This document shows, piece by piece, positions 27,224 to 36,953 of a stretch of DNA of 45,169 nt; positions within the stretch are counted from its first letter, which is position 1, and every line of letters starts with the position of its first letter. The notes beneath the pieces were generated by a model. That model was not told the DNA's origin, made no database searches, and saw nothing but the letters and a program-made list of their open reading frames with translations. The translations under genes were made by a program, and so were the position numbers. Source of the stretch: Flavobacteriaceae bacterium (lineage in GTDB: Bacteria > Bacteroidota > Bacteroidia > Flavobacteriales > Flavobacteriaceae); assembly GCA_023700885.1 (NCBI GenBank), contig JAMPYA010000001.1:1-45169 (forward strand), given 5' to 3'.

Positions 27224-27854
27224 TTTTTTCAAAACTAAATCCTAAACTTGTATAGTGTTTTAAGATAATTGGCAAACAATATTGTAGTTTATCTTTGGCT
27301 TTTTGGTGATCGTGCATTACAATTATACTTCCATTTACAGTGTTCTTTAAAATATTATTTAAAACTTGTTCTTTGCTGATACCAATATCAAAATCACCAC
27401 TTAAAATATCCCACATAATAATTTTATATCCGTTTTCTTTCAATTTTTCAATTTGTGAAAATTTTATTTTTCCGTAAGGTGGACGAAATAATTTTGTTTT
27501 TGACAGATATTGATTAATCAATTTTTTTTGTGCTTTTTCAATATTGTCAATATAATCTAATGTTTTTGTTTTCCAGCCGTTTAGATGATTATTGGTGTGG
27601 TTTCCAACGGTATGTCCTTCATCAATAATTTTTTTAAAAATTGCAGGATGTTTTTCTATATTTTCTCCCACACAAAAAAAAGTAGCTTTGGCGTTATAAT
27701 TTTTTAATTGCTCTAAAATAAAAAGCGTTATTTCTGGAGTTGGACCATCATCAAAAGTTAGATAAAGTTTCTTTTCAGAAACAGTAAAACTCCAAACTAA
27801 ATCCTTATAAAGTGATTTAATAAAGTTTGGAGTTTTAACTAAATAAAAATGCAT
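27216..27854 (-). CDS. Polysaccharide deacetylase (NodB homology, CE4) family protein
   Basis: 212 aa with LTFDDGP and GHTVGNHTNNH, the metal and catalytic motifs of CE4. Its 3' end overlaps the convergent thioredoxin-like gene by 8 bp. Confidence 0.85.
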   Translation of the reverse strand: MHFYLVKTPNFIKSLYKDLVWSFTVSEKKLYLTFDDGPTPEITLFILEQLKNYNAKATFFCVGENIEKHPAIFKKIIDEGHTVGNHTNNHLNGWKTKTLDYIDNIEKAQKKLINQYLSKTKLFRPPYGKIKFSQIEKLKENGYKIIMWDILSGDFDIGISKEQVLNNILKNTVNGSIIVMHDHQKAKDKLQYCLPIILKHYTSLGFSFEKIT

Positions 27855-27865
27855 GAAATTATAAA

Positions 27866-30800
27866 TTATTCTAAGATATTTTTAAATAACTGAACATGAG
27901 AATTAAAATCTTCCATCATTTTTTGAGCATTTTGTTCATCATATTTAGATGTAACATCAACGATGTTTTTATACATCAAAACATTGGTTTCTATTTCATC
28001 AAATACTTTATCTAGTAATTTTTCATCAAATCGGCTGTAATAAAGTAAGTTTTCTTGGAATTTACCAGTCAATAAATTAGCTAATTTTCTTGCTTTTTCT
28101 GGTTTATTAATCATGTAATAAGATTCTACATAACCTAAAACCATTCCGTAATGTCCATAACGTTCTACAGGCATTTTTTCTATGGATAAGTCCAAAATTT
28201 GTTCTGCTTTTACCAATTGATTTTCTTGAATTAAAACATCTGCCAAACGGATTAAATTATTGCGCAATGTAACCGAGTTTTTACGGGTCTCAATATCTAG
28301 ATAGACATTTGGTTTACTCATGATATCCCAATCCCATTTCATCATTTTACTATACATTGTTTCAGAATCAATATGACCCATGTCAAAAGCAGTTTTATCT
28401 TTATTACTGGTTTTCATCGGAACAAATTTGTAGGCAGTTCCGTCTAGTTGTAAATAATCTTTTAACCAAATATATTCTTCATCGTCATGACTTCCGCCGG
28501 TAAAATATATAGGATGTTTCCAGTTATTATTGGCTAAAATATCTAACATCAGTATTCTGCTTTTAGAAATACCTTGATCGTCAATATCGATATCAATGTA
28601 AGAAACTATAGAGTCGGCGTATTTTAAAGGTAGAATTTTATTTCTTAAAACGGCTTCTTTATCAATATAGAGTCTTAATTTATTAGTTGGATAGGTTTTT
28701 TCTTTATGACCATTATTGGTTTCTACATAGGTTGCTTCATCGCTAGATGCAATCCATTTCATAAAATCTTTAATATCGATTCTGTTTTCTGTTCTAGGTA
28801 CATGGTAAGCAACTTCTAAAGATCCTTGTTTATACATTTCATGAGTTAAAATTCCAGGAATTGGATCTGCTATATATGTTTTACGTTTCATTTGGTCTAT
28901 ATACCAATCTGTATTAAATAAACTGGTATTGATTAATTTTAAATCGGTTCGATAGTTTTCTACTTCTTGTAAATACCAAAGTGGAAAAGTATCATTATCT
29001 CCAATTGTAAACATAATAGCATTTTCATCACAAGAATCGAGGTATGATTTAGCTACAAAATTAGTGGTGTATCTTCCTGAACGATCATGGTCATCCCAAT
29101 TTTCACTAGCCATAATAGTTGGTACTGCAAGTAATGATAATGATACAACTCCAATGGCAAGTGATTTATGCGAAGTAAATTTTCTCAGATAATCAAATAG
29201 CGCTAATACGCCAATTCCAATCCAAATTGCAAAAATATAGAAAGATCCAACTACTGCATAATCTCTTTCTCGTGGTTCAAATGGTTTCGGATTAGTGTAA
29301 AAAATAATTGCTAAACCTGTAAAGGCAAAAAACAATAATAGTGGGTAAAGATTTTTTTTATCTTTTTTTAATTGATAAAAGAACCCTAATAATCCTAATA
29401 AGAAAGGCAAGAAGTAATAAGTGTTTCTTCCTTTGTTATTTGCTATATCACTTGGTAAGTCAGATTGTGGTCCTAAGCGGAATTCATCAAGAAAATTAAT
29501 CCCGCTGAGCCAATTACCATTATTAATGTCTAAATATCCTTGTTCATCATTTTGTTTACCCACGAAATTCCACATAAAATATCTACCGTACATATAACCA
29601 AACTGATAATTAATCATAAAATAGATATTCTCAGCAAAAGTAGGTCTGCGCTCTGATGCTTTAGGAATACCGGCAATAGCTTTGTAATTTTTAACAGCAG
29701 CGGGATTTACCATTCTTGGGATAAATCCTTTATGTTTATCACTATAATTAGGTGTTGCTTTCTCGTAGTTGTTTACAATGATGTATTTGCCTGAAGTTTC
29801 ATCTTTTTCGTATTTTGGCTTTTCATCAACATAAGGTTCATTTTCATCTAATTCTCTATCAAAAACAACAGAATAATAGGTGTCAAAAAAAACATTAGCA
29901 TCGCCGTATTGTTCTCTATTGTAATAAGCAAGAAGTTCTCTTGCACTTGATGGGTTATTTTCGTTGATGGTTGTATTCGTATTGGCTCTAATAGGTAACA
30001 TAATCCAAGAAGAAAAACCAATCATAACAAAAAGGATTGATAAAATAACGGTATTTGCTAGTACTTTTCCGTGTTTTCTAGTATAACTTAAACCAAAATA
30101 AAATCCGGCAATTAAAATTATTGCAGCAATAATACTTCCTGAATTAAATGGTAATCCGACTGTATTGATAAAAAATAATTCAGAAGCGCTAAAGAATTTT
30201 AAAGTGTATGGAAATAAGAGTTTGAAAACGAATATTAATACAACAACTGCAATAATATTAGCAATAATAAATTTTATATAAGAATCAATAATATATTTTT
30301 TCAACAAAAATAAATAGACAATTGCAGGAATTACAAGTAGGGATAATATGTGAACGCCAAATGACAGCCCAACAACAAAACTGATTAATAACAACCATTT
30401 ATTTCCTCTAGGAGAATCAATTTCATCAATCCAACGCAATCCAAGCCAAAATAATAAAGCCATTAAGAAAGAAGACATGGCATAAACCTCAGCTTCTACG
30501 GCACTAAACCAAAAACTATCAGAAAAAGTGTATGCTAAAGCACCAACTAGTCCGCTACCAAAAATGATAATTCCGTTTTCTTTAGTTAGTTCTGATGAAG
30601 AAATTAATTTTCTGGCAAAATAAGTGATAGTCCAAAACAGGAAAAGTATAGTAAAAGCACTTGCTAAAGCTGACATAAAATTCATAACCAATGCCAATTG
30701 AGTAACATCAGAAGTAAATAAACCAAAAAATGCTCCTAACATTTGGTAAAGAGGCGCTCCTGGCGGATGACCTACTTCAAGTTTTACAGAGGTTGAAATA

Positions 30801-30922
30801 TATTCACCACAGTCCCAAAAGCTAACCGTTGGTTCTATAGTTAAGGTATAGGTAATGAGCGCAATAGAAAAGGCTACCCAGCCTAAAATGATATTCCATT
30901 TATTATAATTTGATGAAGTCAT
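27866..30922 (-). CDS. DUF2723 domain membrane protein (GT-C-like putative glycosyltransferase, TMEM260-like)
   Basis: 1018 aa. The N-terminal polytopic region has TVSFWDCGEYISTSVKLEVGHPPGAPLYQMLGAFF, followed by a large soluble C-terminal half. The deacetylase gene begins 11 nt downstream. Confidence 0.75.
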   Translation of the reverse strand: MTSSNYNKWNIILGWVAFSIALITYTLTIEPTVSFWDCGEYISTSVKLEVGHPPGAPLYQMLGAFFGLFTSDVTQLALVMNFMSALASAFTILFLFWTITYFARKLISSSELTKENGIIIFGSGLVGALAYTFSDSFWFSAVEAEVYAMSSFLMALLFWLGLRWIDEIDSPRGNKWLLLISFVVGLSFGVHILSLLVIPAIVYLFLLKKYIIDSYIKFIIANIIAVVVLIFVFKLLFPYTLKFFSASELFFINTVGLPFNSGSIIAAIILIAGFYFGLSYTRKHGKVLANTVILSILFVMIGFSSWIMLPIRANTNTTINENNPSSARELLAYYNREQYGDANVFFDTYYSVVFDRELDENEPYVDEKPKYEKDETSGKYIIVNNYEKATPNYSDKHKGFIPRMVNPAAVKNYKAIAGIPKASERRPTFAENIYFMINYQFGYMYGRYFMWNFVGKQNDEQGYLDINNGNWLSGINFLDEFRLGPQSDLPSDIANNKGRNTYYFLPFLLGLLGFFYQLKKDKKNLYPLLLFFAFTGLAIIFYTNPKPFEPRERDYAVVGSFYIFAIWIGIGVLALFDYLRKFTSHKSLAIGVVSLSLLAVPTIMASENWDDHDRSGRYTTNFVAKSYLDSCDENAIMFTIGDNDTFPLWYLQEVENYRTDLKLINTSLFNTDWYIDQMKRKTYIADPIPGILTHEMYKQGSLEVAYHVPRTENRIDIKDFMKWIASSDEATYVETNNGHKEKTYPTNKLRLYIDKEAVLRNKILPLKYADSIVSYIDIDIDDQGISKSRILMLDILANNNWKHPIYFTGGSHDDEEYIWLKDYLQLDGTAYKFVPMKTSNKDKTAFDMGHIDSETMYSKMMKWDWDIMSKPNVYLDIETRKNSVTLRNNLIRLADVLIQENQLVKAEQILDLSIEKMPVERYGHYGMVLGYVESYYMINKPEKARKLANLLTGKFQENLLYYSRFDEKLLDKVFDEIETNVLMYKNIVDVTSKYDEQNAQKMMEDFNSHVQLFKNILE

Positions 30923-31054
30923 AGGTGATGCTGTTATATTCTGAGTGCGAATTTAGTAAATATAGCCGAATAAAATAGAGTGATTCATTTCCAATGGTTT
31001 CTAAAAAACATTAGAAAATTTTTAAAAAAATTTGTCGAAATAAAAACTTTGAAT

Positions 31055-31062
31055 TAGATTTG
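31055..31062 (+). promoter_or_regulatory. -7 promoter box TAGATTTG for tRNA-Gln
   Basis: Exact TAnnTTTG, 12 nt upstream of the tRNA 5' end. A TTTG at 31031-31034 has appropriate -33 spacing. Confidence 0.55.
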
Positions 31063-31074
31063 CACCCGGAATAT

Positions 31075-31145
31075 TGACCTATGGTGTAACGGTAGCACTC
31101 CGGTTTTTGGTACCGTCTGTCTAGGTTCGAATCCTGGTAGGTCAA
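31075..31145 (+). tRNA. tRNA-Gln (anticodon TTG)
   Basis: Hand-folded. Acceptor TGACCTA/TAGGTCA, anticodon stem CCGGT/ACCGT with loop TTTTGGT, and T-arm CTAGGTTCGAATCCTGG. The layout closely resembles E. coli tRNA-Gln. CCA is not encoded. Confidence 0.85.
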
Positions 31146-31153
31146 CATCAAAT

Positions 31154-31181
31154 AAAAAAGCTCGCTTTAGCGAGTTTTTTT
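31154..31181. terminator. Bidirectional terminator shared by tRNA-Gln and the convergent usp gene
   Basis: A6-GCTCGC-TTTA-GCGAGT-T7. It overlaps the usp stop codon. Confidence 0.75.
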
Positions 31182-32016
31182 ATTTAACCAATTTAAAGGT
31201 AATAACAGGTTTTAATGCTTTATTGGCTATATCTTCACCAATACTTCCATTAAATAAATGAGCCAATCCTCTTCTGCCGTGTGTGTTTATTGCAATTATA
31301 TCTGCTCCAATGTCGTTTGAAAAATTTAAAATTCCTTTTTCAACAGTTATATCGTTATAGATATTTAAAGTATGATTTCCTATATCAAATTCATTTACAA
31401 ATGCTCTAATAAGTTCACTAGATTTTTTGGTGGTTTCAAAATTATGAATTGTATTAACTTTTAAGAGATGTAAGTTAGCATCAAAAAAAGTAGCAAAATC
31501 AATTATCTTTTGAAATGTATTTCTATTTTCAATATTAAAATTACTTGCAAAAACAATATCATCAATTTTAAAATCATCTGGAGCTTCTTTAACAACTAAA
31601 ACAGGAACATCAGAACGGCGTACCACTTTTTCGGTATTTGAGCCAATTAATATTTCTTCAATACCTGAAACACCTTTAGAGCCCATTACAATTAAATCAA
31701 TATTTTGTTTTTCAGTTTCTTCTAAAATGCCTTCAAAAGCTTTGTTAAATTGAACAATTTCTATAACGTTTATTCCTGATAAAAAGTGCTGTTTTTTAAA
31801 ACGAACAAATTTTTCATGAGCTCGTTTAACAAATAACAAAGAAGTTGGTGCATTTGAGGTGCCTCCAAAATTACCAGAGTCTATTACACCTGATGGTAAT
31901 TCTAACATATGTAATAAATAGATGTCACTATTGGTAAGTTTAGCTATTCTAGCAGCAACTTTAGCGGCAACTTTAGCCTCTTTTGAAAAATCTACGGGTA
32001 CTAAAATTCTTTTCAT
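31180..32016 (-). CDS. Universal stress protein (tandem UspA domains)
   Basis: 278 aa. MKRILVPVDFS, GSKGVSGIEEILIGSNTEKVVRRSDVPVLVV, and a second half with HGRRGLAHLFNGSIGEDI. Confidence 0.85.
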   Translation of the reverse strand: MKRILVPVDFSKEAKVAAKVAARIAKLTNSDIYLLHMLELPSGVIDSGNFGGTSNAPTSLLFVKRAHEKFVRFKKQHFLSGINVIEIVQFNKAFEGILEETEKQNIDLIVMGSKGVSGIEEILIGSNTEKVVRRSDVPVLVVKEAPDDFKIDDIVFASNFNIENRNTFQKIIDFATFFDANLHLLKVNTIHNFETTKKSSELIRAFVNEFDIGNHTLNIYNDITVEKGILNFSNDIGADIIAINTHGRRGLAHLFNGSIGEDIANKALKPVITFKLVK

Positions 32017-32106
32017 ACATTATTAATTTGCGTCTGTTATAATTTATAAATGTAATAAATATTTGTAATATAAGGAAGTTCATTTTTGATTTTATAAAAT
32101 TAATGG

Positions 32107-32114
32107 TATATTTG
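32107..32114 (+). promoter_or_regulatory. -7 promoter box TATATTTG for rimP-nusA-infB
   Basis: Exact TAnnTTTG upstream of rimP. Confidence 0.5.
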
Positions 32115-32173
32115 CACTGGATTTAGAGGAAACTTAAAATTTGGAGGGGACAGAAGTCCCCTCTTCTTATACT

Positions 32174-32638
32174 ATGAATAAACAGGTTGTAAATCAATTA
32201 GTCAGTGAAGCTTTAAGTGAAAATAATTCCTTATTTTTGATAGATTTAACACTTCACCAAGACAATAGAATAGTTGTTCAAGTAGATGGAGAACACGGAG
32301 TATCATTAAAAGAGTGTATACGTATTAGTAGGTATATTGAAAATAATCTAGATAAAGAAATTGAAGATTATGGACTTGAAGTTACTACTCCAGATATTGC
32401 AGATCCAATAAAAGATGTAAGACAGTATCATAAAAATTTACAAAGAACTCTTTTAATAACTTTAAAAGATAGCACTAAAGTTGAAGGAGTTTTAGCGCAG
32501 ATTACTGAACATGGAATTGTGTTAGAAAGTAAAGTTAGAGAACCAAAACCTATAGGAAAAGGTAAAGTAACAGTAATAAAAAATATCGAAGTAGCATTCG
32601 AAAATATAGAAAAGGCAATAGTTAAAATAATATTCTAA
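32174..32638 (+). CDS. rimP: Ribosome maturation factor RimP
   Basis: About 154 aa in the conserved position upstream of nusA. ATG 32174 (MNKQVVNQL) preferred over TTG 32141. Confidence 0.85.
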   Translation: MNKQVVNQLVSEALSENNSLFLIDLTLHQDNRIVVQVDGEHGVSLKECIRISRYIENNLDKEIEDYGLEVTTPDIADPIKDVRQYHKNLQRTLLITLKDSTKVEGVLAQITEHGIVLESKVREPKPIGKGKVTVIKNIEVAFENIEKAIVKIIF

Positions 32639-32650
32639 TAAAAAAACTAT

Positions 32651-33910
32651 ATGGAAAATATAGAATTAATTGAATCGTTTTCTGAGTTTAAAGATGATAA
32701 AAGTATTGATAGAGTTACCTTAATGGCAATTCTTAAAGAAGTTTTCTTAGCTGCACTTAAAAGAAAATTTGGCAGTGATGACAATTTTGACGTTATTATT
32801 AATCCAGATAAAGGAGATTTGGAGATTTGGAGAAACAGAGTTGTGGTAGCGGATGGTGAAGTAGAAGATCCTAACGAAGAAATTGAACTTAGCGAAGCGC
32901 GTAAAATTGAACCAGATTTTGAAGTTGGCGAAGAAGTGTCAGAAGAATTTAAGCTGATAGATTTAGGAAGACGCTCAATTTTAGCACTACGTCAGAATCT
33001 AATTTCAAAAATACACGAACACGATAGTTCTAATACTTATAAAAAGTTTAAAGATTTAGAAGGAGAATTGTATTCAGCAGAAGTACATCATGTTCGTCAT
33101 AATGCCGTAATTTTAGTAGATGATGAAGGTAATGAAGTGCTTTTACCAAAAAGCGAACAAATAAGAACTGATTATTTTAGAAAAGGAGATACTGTAAAAG
33201 GTATTATTAAATCAGTTGAATTAAAAGGGAACAAACCATTAATCATACTTTCTAGAACAGCAGATGATTTCTTACGTCAATTGTTTGAGCAAGAAATTCC
33301 TGAAATAGCTGATGGATTAATTACTATTGAAAGAGTAGCGCGTATTCCAGGAGAAAAAGCAAAAATTGCAGTAGATTCTTATGACGATAGAATAGACCCG
33401 GTTGGAGCATGTGTTGGTATGAAAGGGTCCAGAATTCATGGTATTGTACGTGAATTAGGAAATGAAAACATAGATGTTGTTAATTACACCAAAAACGATC
33501 AAATGTTTATAGCGCGCGCTTTAAGCCCTGCTCGTTTAGAATCCATGAAAATTACCATGTTTGCTTATGCAAAACCAGATGGTATGAAAGGAAAAGTAGA
33601 GGTTTTCCTTAAACCGGAAGAAGTTTCAAAAGCTATCGGAAAAGGTGGGGTTAATATAAGATTAGCATCGCAACTTACAGGTTATGAAATAGAAGTGAAG
33701 CGTGAAAATGTAGAAGTTGATGACGTTGAATTGACAGAATTCTCAGATGAAATAGAAGATTGGATTATCCAAGAATTTGTAAAAATTGGTTTAGATACAG
33801 CTTTAAGTGTTATAGATCAAAAAGTGGAAGATCTTGTTAAGCGTACCGATTTAGAAGAAGAAACAATTATTGAAGTTCAAAGAATATTAAGAGCTGAGTT
33901 TGAAAAATAG
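32651..33910 (+). CDS. nusA: Transcription termination/antitermination factor NusA
   Basis: 419 aa with an S1 domain and tandem KH domains (DPVGACVGMKGSRIHGIVRELGNENIDVV). Confidence 0.95.
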   Translation: MENIELIESFSEFKDDKSIDRVTLMAILKEVFLAALKRKFGSDDNFDVIINPDKGDLEIWRNRVVVADGEVEDPNEEIELSEARKIEPDFEVGEEVSEEFKLIDLGRRSILALRQNLISKIHEHDSSNTYKKFKDLEGELYSAEVHHVRHNAVILVDDEGNEVLLPKSEQIRTDYFRKGDTVKGIIKSVELKGNKPLIILSRTADDFLRQLFEQEIPEIADGLITIERVARIPGEKAKIAVDSYDDRIDPVGACVGMKGSRIHGIVRELGNENIDVVNYTKNDQMFIARALSPARLESMKITMFAYAKPDGMKGKVEVFLKPEEVSKAIGKGGVNIRLASQLTGYEIEVKRENVEVDDVELTEFSDEIEDWIIQEFVKIGLDTALSVIDQKVEDLVKRTDLEEETIIEVQRILRAEFEK

Positions 33911-33944
33911 TTATATTCAAATTCATAGGCTAAATAAATAGTAT

Positions 33945-36797
33945 ATGGCTGAAAACGTTAGATTAAATCAAGTTATTAGAGAGCTGAACATTTCTTTAGA
34001 AAGAGCAGTAGAATTTTTATCATCAAAAGGAATAGAAGTTGAGGCGCGTCCTACAACTAAAATTTCAGGTGATGTCTATGATATTTTATTAGATGGGTTC
34101 AAAGCTGATCGAAAAAACAGAAAAGCTTCTGAAGAAATTGGCGAAGAAAAAAGAAAAGAAAAAGAAGAAATGCGTGAAGCTTTTGAAAAAAAGAGAGAGC
34201 ACGAACGTGAAGAAGAAGAAGCTAAGCATGAAGTTGTTAAAGCCAAAGCAGAAAAACTTGAAATAAAATCAGTTGGTAAAATTGACTTGGAACCACAAAA
34301 AAATCCTGAAAAAGAAGAAGTTAAGGTAGCTCCAGAAGTAGTTGAAATTCCAGAAGAAAAAATAGTGGTACAGCCAAAGGTTGAAGGAACTGTTATTTTG
34401 AAAACAGAAGAACCTAAAAAACCAGTTTTAGAAAAGAAACCAGTTCAAACTACTGAACCAACAAGAGTAAAACCTGTTGTTATAAAGAAAAAAGACTTAG
34501 TTAAAAAAGAAGTAGTTAGAGAACCCTATAAATCTGATTTTCCTAAGAAAAAAGAATTTGTTAAACAGATTGATGAAGTAGTTGATGAACCAGAAGATAT
34601 TGTAGTAACAACTAATTATAAAAAATTACAAGGGGTTAAGAGTACAGGAAAAACGATTGATCTTAAACAATTTGAGAAGCCTAAAAAGAAAAAAACACTA
34701 GAACCTGAGAAAAAAACTCCTAAAAATATTGTAAAAGCTGTTATTAAAGATGATGTAGTAGGCGATAGTCAAAGAAAACGTAAAAGAATTAAAAAAGCAG
34801 TATCTGTCGATGTAAAATCTGTTGGAAAACAAATTCCTTCAAAACCTGGAATTAGACCAATTAAAAGACCAATATTAAAAACTGAACCTTCAGAAGTTGA
34901 TGTACAAAAACAAATTAGAGAAACTTTAGAAAAACTTCAAGGAAAATCTAGTAAATCTAAAGGAGCAAAATATAGAAAAGATAAAAGAGATCATCACCGT
35001 CAACAATTTGATAAAGATGCAGAACAACAAGAAGCAGAAAGTAAAGTATTAAAAATTACTGAGTTTGTAACAGTTAGTGAAATAGCTTCATTAATGGATA
35101 TTCCTGTAACTCAAATTATTTCTGCATGTATGTCATTAGGTTTAATGGTTACAATGAATCAGCGTTTAGATGCTGAAACATTAACTATTGTTGCCGATGA
35201 ATTCGGTTTTCAAGTTCAGTTTGTAACAGAAAATGTTGATGATATTGTATTAGATACTGAAGATAATCCAGACGATTTAGTAGAACGAGCTCCAATCGTT
35301 ACTGTAATGGGACACGTTGATCATGGTAAAACATCTTTATTAGATTATATCAGAAAAGCAAATGTAATAACCGGAGAATCTGGTGGTATTACCCAGCATA
35401 TTGGTTCCTATAGTGTAAAACTTCCTAGCGGTCAAAAAATAGCATTTTTAGATACACCAGGTCACGAAGCGTTTACCGCAATGCGTGCTCGTGGTGCTCA
35501 GTTAACAGATATTGTAATTATTGTTGTTGCTGCGGATGATGCCATCATGCCTCAAACAAAAGAAGCTATTAGTCACGCTCAAGCTGCTGGTGTTCCTATT
35601 GTATTTGCTATTAATAAAATAGATAGACCAACTGCAAATCCTGAAAAGATTAAAGAAGGATTAGCTCAAATGAATTTATTAGTAGAAGATTGGGGAGGTA
35701 AAATTCAATCACAAGATATATCAGCCAAAACAGGGCAAGGGGTTACAGAACTGTTAGAAAAAGTATTATTAGAAGCTGAGTTGTTAGACCTTAAAGCAAA
35801 TCCAAAGAAAAACGCCACAGGTACAGTTGTAGAGGCTCAATTAGATAAAGGCAGAGGATATGTAACAACAGTCTTAGTGCAATCTGGAACTTTAAAAGTT
35901 GGAGATTATATCTTAGCCGGTAAACAAAGTGGAAAAGTAAAAGCAATGTTTGATGAGAAAGGTGAAAATGTTGTTTCTGCTGGACCATCAACACCTGTTT
36001 CAATTTTAGGATTAGACGGAGCGCCACAAGCTGGTGATAAATTTTATATGTTTGATGATGAGCGTGAAGCGAAACAAATTGCAACTAAACGTACGCAATT
36101 AATACGAGAGCAATCTTTAAGAACACAAAAACATATTACTTTAGATGAAATTGGAAGACGTATAGCTTTAGGTGATTTTAAAGAACTGAACATTATTGTT
36201 AAAGGTGATGTTGATGGCTCTGTTGAAGCTTTAACTGATTCATTCCAGAAATTATCAACTCCTGAAATACAAGTAAATATTATTCATAAAGGAGTTGGAG
36301 CAATTACAGAATCTGATGTTTTATTAGCATCAGCTTCAGAAGCAATTATAATTGGATTTAATGTACGCCCATCCGTAAATGCAAGAGCTCTAGCTGATAA
36401 AGAAGAAATTGATATTAGAAATTACTCAATCATCTATAATGCAATTAATGATTTACGCGATGCTATGGAAGGAATGTTATCTCCTGAAATTGTGGAAGAA
36501 ATTGTAGGTAATGTTGAAATTCGTGAAGTATTCAAAATCTCGAAAGTAGGAAATATTGCCGGTTGTATGGTTACCAAAGGTAAAATTATGAGAAACTCTA
36601 AAATAAGAATTATTAGAGACGGAGTTGTTTTATATTCAGGTGAGTTATCTACATTAAAAAGATTTAAAGATGATGCAAAAGAAGTTACCAAAGGTTTCGA
36701 TTGCGGAATTCAAATCAAAAATTATAATGATATAGAAGTTGGTGATATAATAGAAGCTTACCAAGAAGTAGCGGTTAAAAAGAAACTCAAAAAGTAA
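33945..36797 (+). CDS. infB: Translation initiation factor IF-2
   Basis: 950 aa. The N-terminal region is low-complexity and rich in Lys, Glu and Pro. The GTPase core has [24 protein letters not shown] and NKID. Confidence 0.96.
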   Translation: MAENVRLNQVIRELNISLERAVEFLSSKGIEVEARPTTKISGDVYDILLDGFKADRKNRKASEEIGEEKRKEKEEMREAFEKKREHEREEEEAKHEVVKAKAEKLEIKSVGKIDLEPQKNPEKEEVKVAPEVVEIPEEKIVVQPKVEGTVILKTEEPKKPVLEKKPVQTTEPTRVKPVVIKKKDLVKKEVVREPYKSDFPKKKEFVKQIDEVVDEPEDIVVTTNYKKLQGVKSTGKTIDLKQFEKPKKKKTLEPEKKTPKNIVKAVIKDDVVGDSQRKRKRIKKAVSVDVKSVGKQIPSKPGIRPIKRPILKTEPSEVDVQKQIRETLEKLQGKSSKSKGAKYRKDKRDHHRQQFDKDAEQQEAESKVLKITEFVTVSEIASLMDIPVTQIISACMSLGLMVTMNQRLDAETLTIVADEFGFQVQFVTENVDDIVLDTEDNPDDLVERAPIVTVMGHVDHGKTSLLDYIRKANVITGESGGITQHIGSYSVKLPSGQKIAFLDTPGHEAFTAMRARGAQLTDIVIIVVAADDAIMPQTKEAISHAQAAGVPIVFAINKIDRPTANPEKIKEGLAQMNLLVEDWGGKIQSQDISAKTGQGVTELLEKVLLEAELLDLKANPKKNATGTVVEAQLDKGRGYVTTVLVQSGTLKVGDYILAGKQSGKVKAMFDEKGENVVSAGPSTPVSILGLDGAPQAGDKFYMFDDEREAKQIATKRTQLIREQSLRTQKHITLDEIGRRIALGDFKELNIIVKGDVDGSVEALTDSFQKLSTPEIQVNIIHKGVGAITESDVLLASASEAIIIGFNVRPSVNARALADKEEIDIRNYSIIYNAINDLRDAMEGMLSPEIVEEIVGNVEIREVFKISKVGNIAGCMVTKGKIMRNSKIRIIRDGVVLYSGELSTLKRFKDDAKEVTKGFDCGIQIKNYNDIEVGDIIEAYQEVAVKKKLKK

Positions 36798-36820
36798 TAA
36801 AATCAAGCCCATAATTGATA

Positions 36821-36851
36821 AAAATCAGGATTGAAAAATCCTGATTTTTTT
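36821..36851 (+). terminator. Rho-independent terminator after infB
   Basis: ATCAGGATT-GAAA-AATCCTGAT followed by T7. Confidence 0.85.
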
Positions 36852-36922
36852 ATGTTTTATAATTACACTTTCGATTCTCAAAATTCAGTCGAAATTTTTA
36901 ACATCAAACAAAATTAATGCTA

Positions 36923-36930
36923 TAAATTTG
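36923..36930 (+). promoter_or_regulatory. -7 promoter box TAAATTTG for kup
   Basis: Exact TAnnTTTG, 23 nt upstream of ATG 36954. Confidence 0.5.
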
Positions 36931-36953
36931 TTTCTTATTTTAATGTCATTGAA

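Noticed and set aside
34130-35000. Repetitive GAA/AAA-rich sequence that resembles a tandem repeat.
   Set aside because: It is the in-frame low-complexity N-terminal region of IF-2, rich in Lys, Glu and Pro. This is normal for infB and not an independent repeat element or array.
36869-36894. The inverted repeat TTTCGA-N14-TCGAAA upstream of kup, considered as a possible operator or riboswitch stem.
   Set aside because: The arms are only 6 bp of AT-rich sequence. It lies upstream of the predicted -7 box, so it is probably not in the transcript. It bears no resemblance to the known potassium or c-di-AMP riboswitch architecture that I can recognise.
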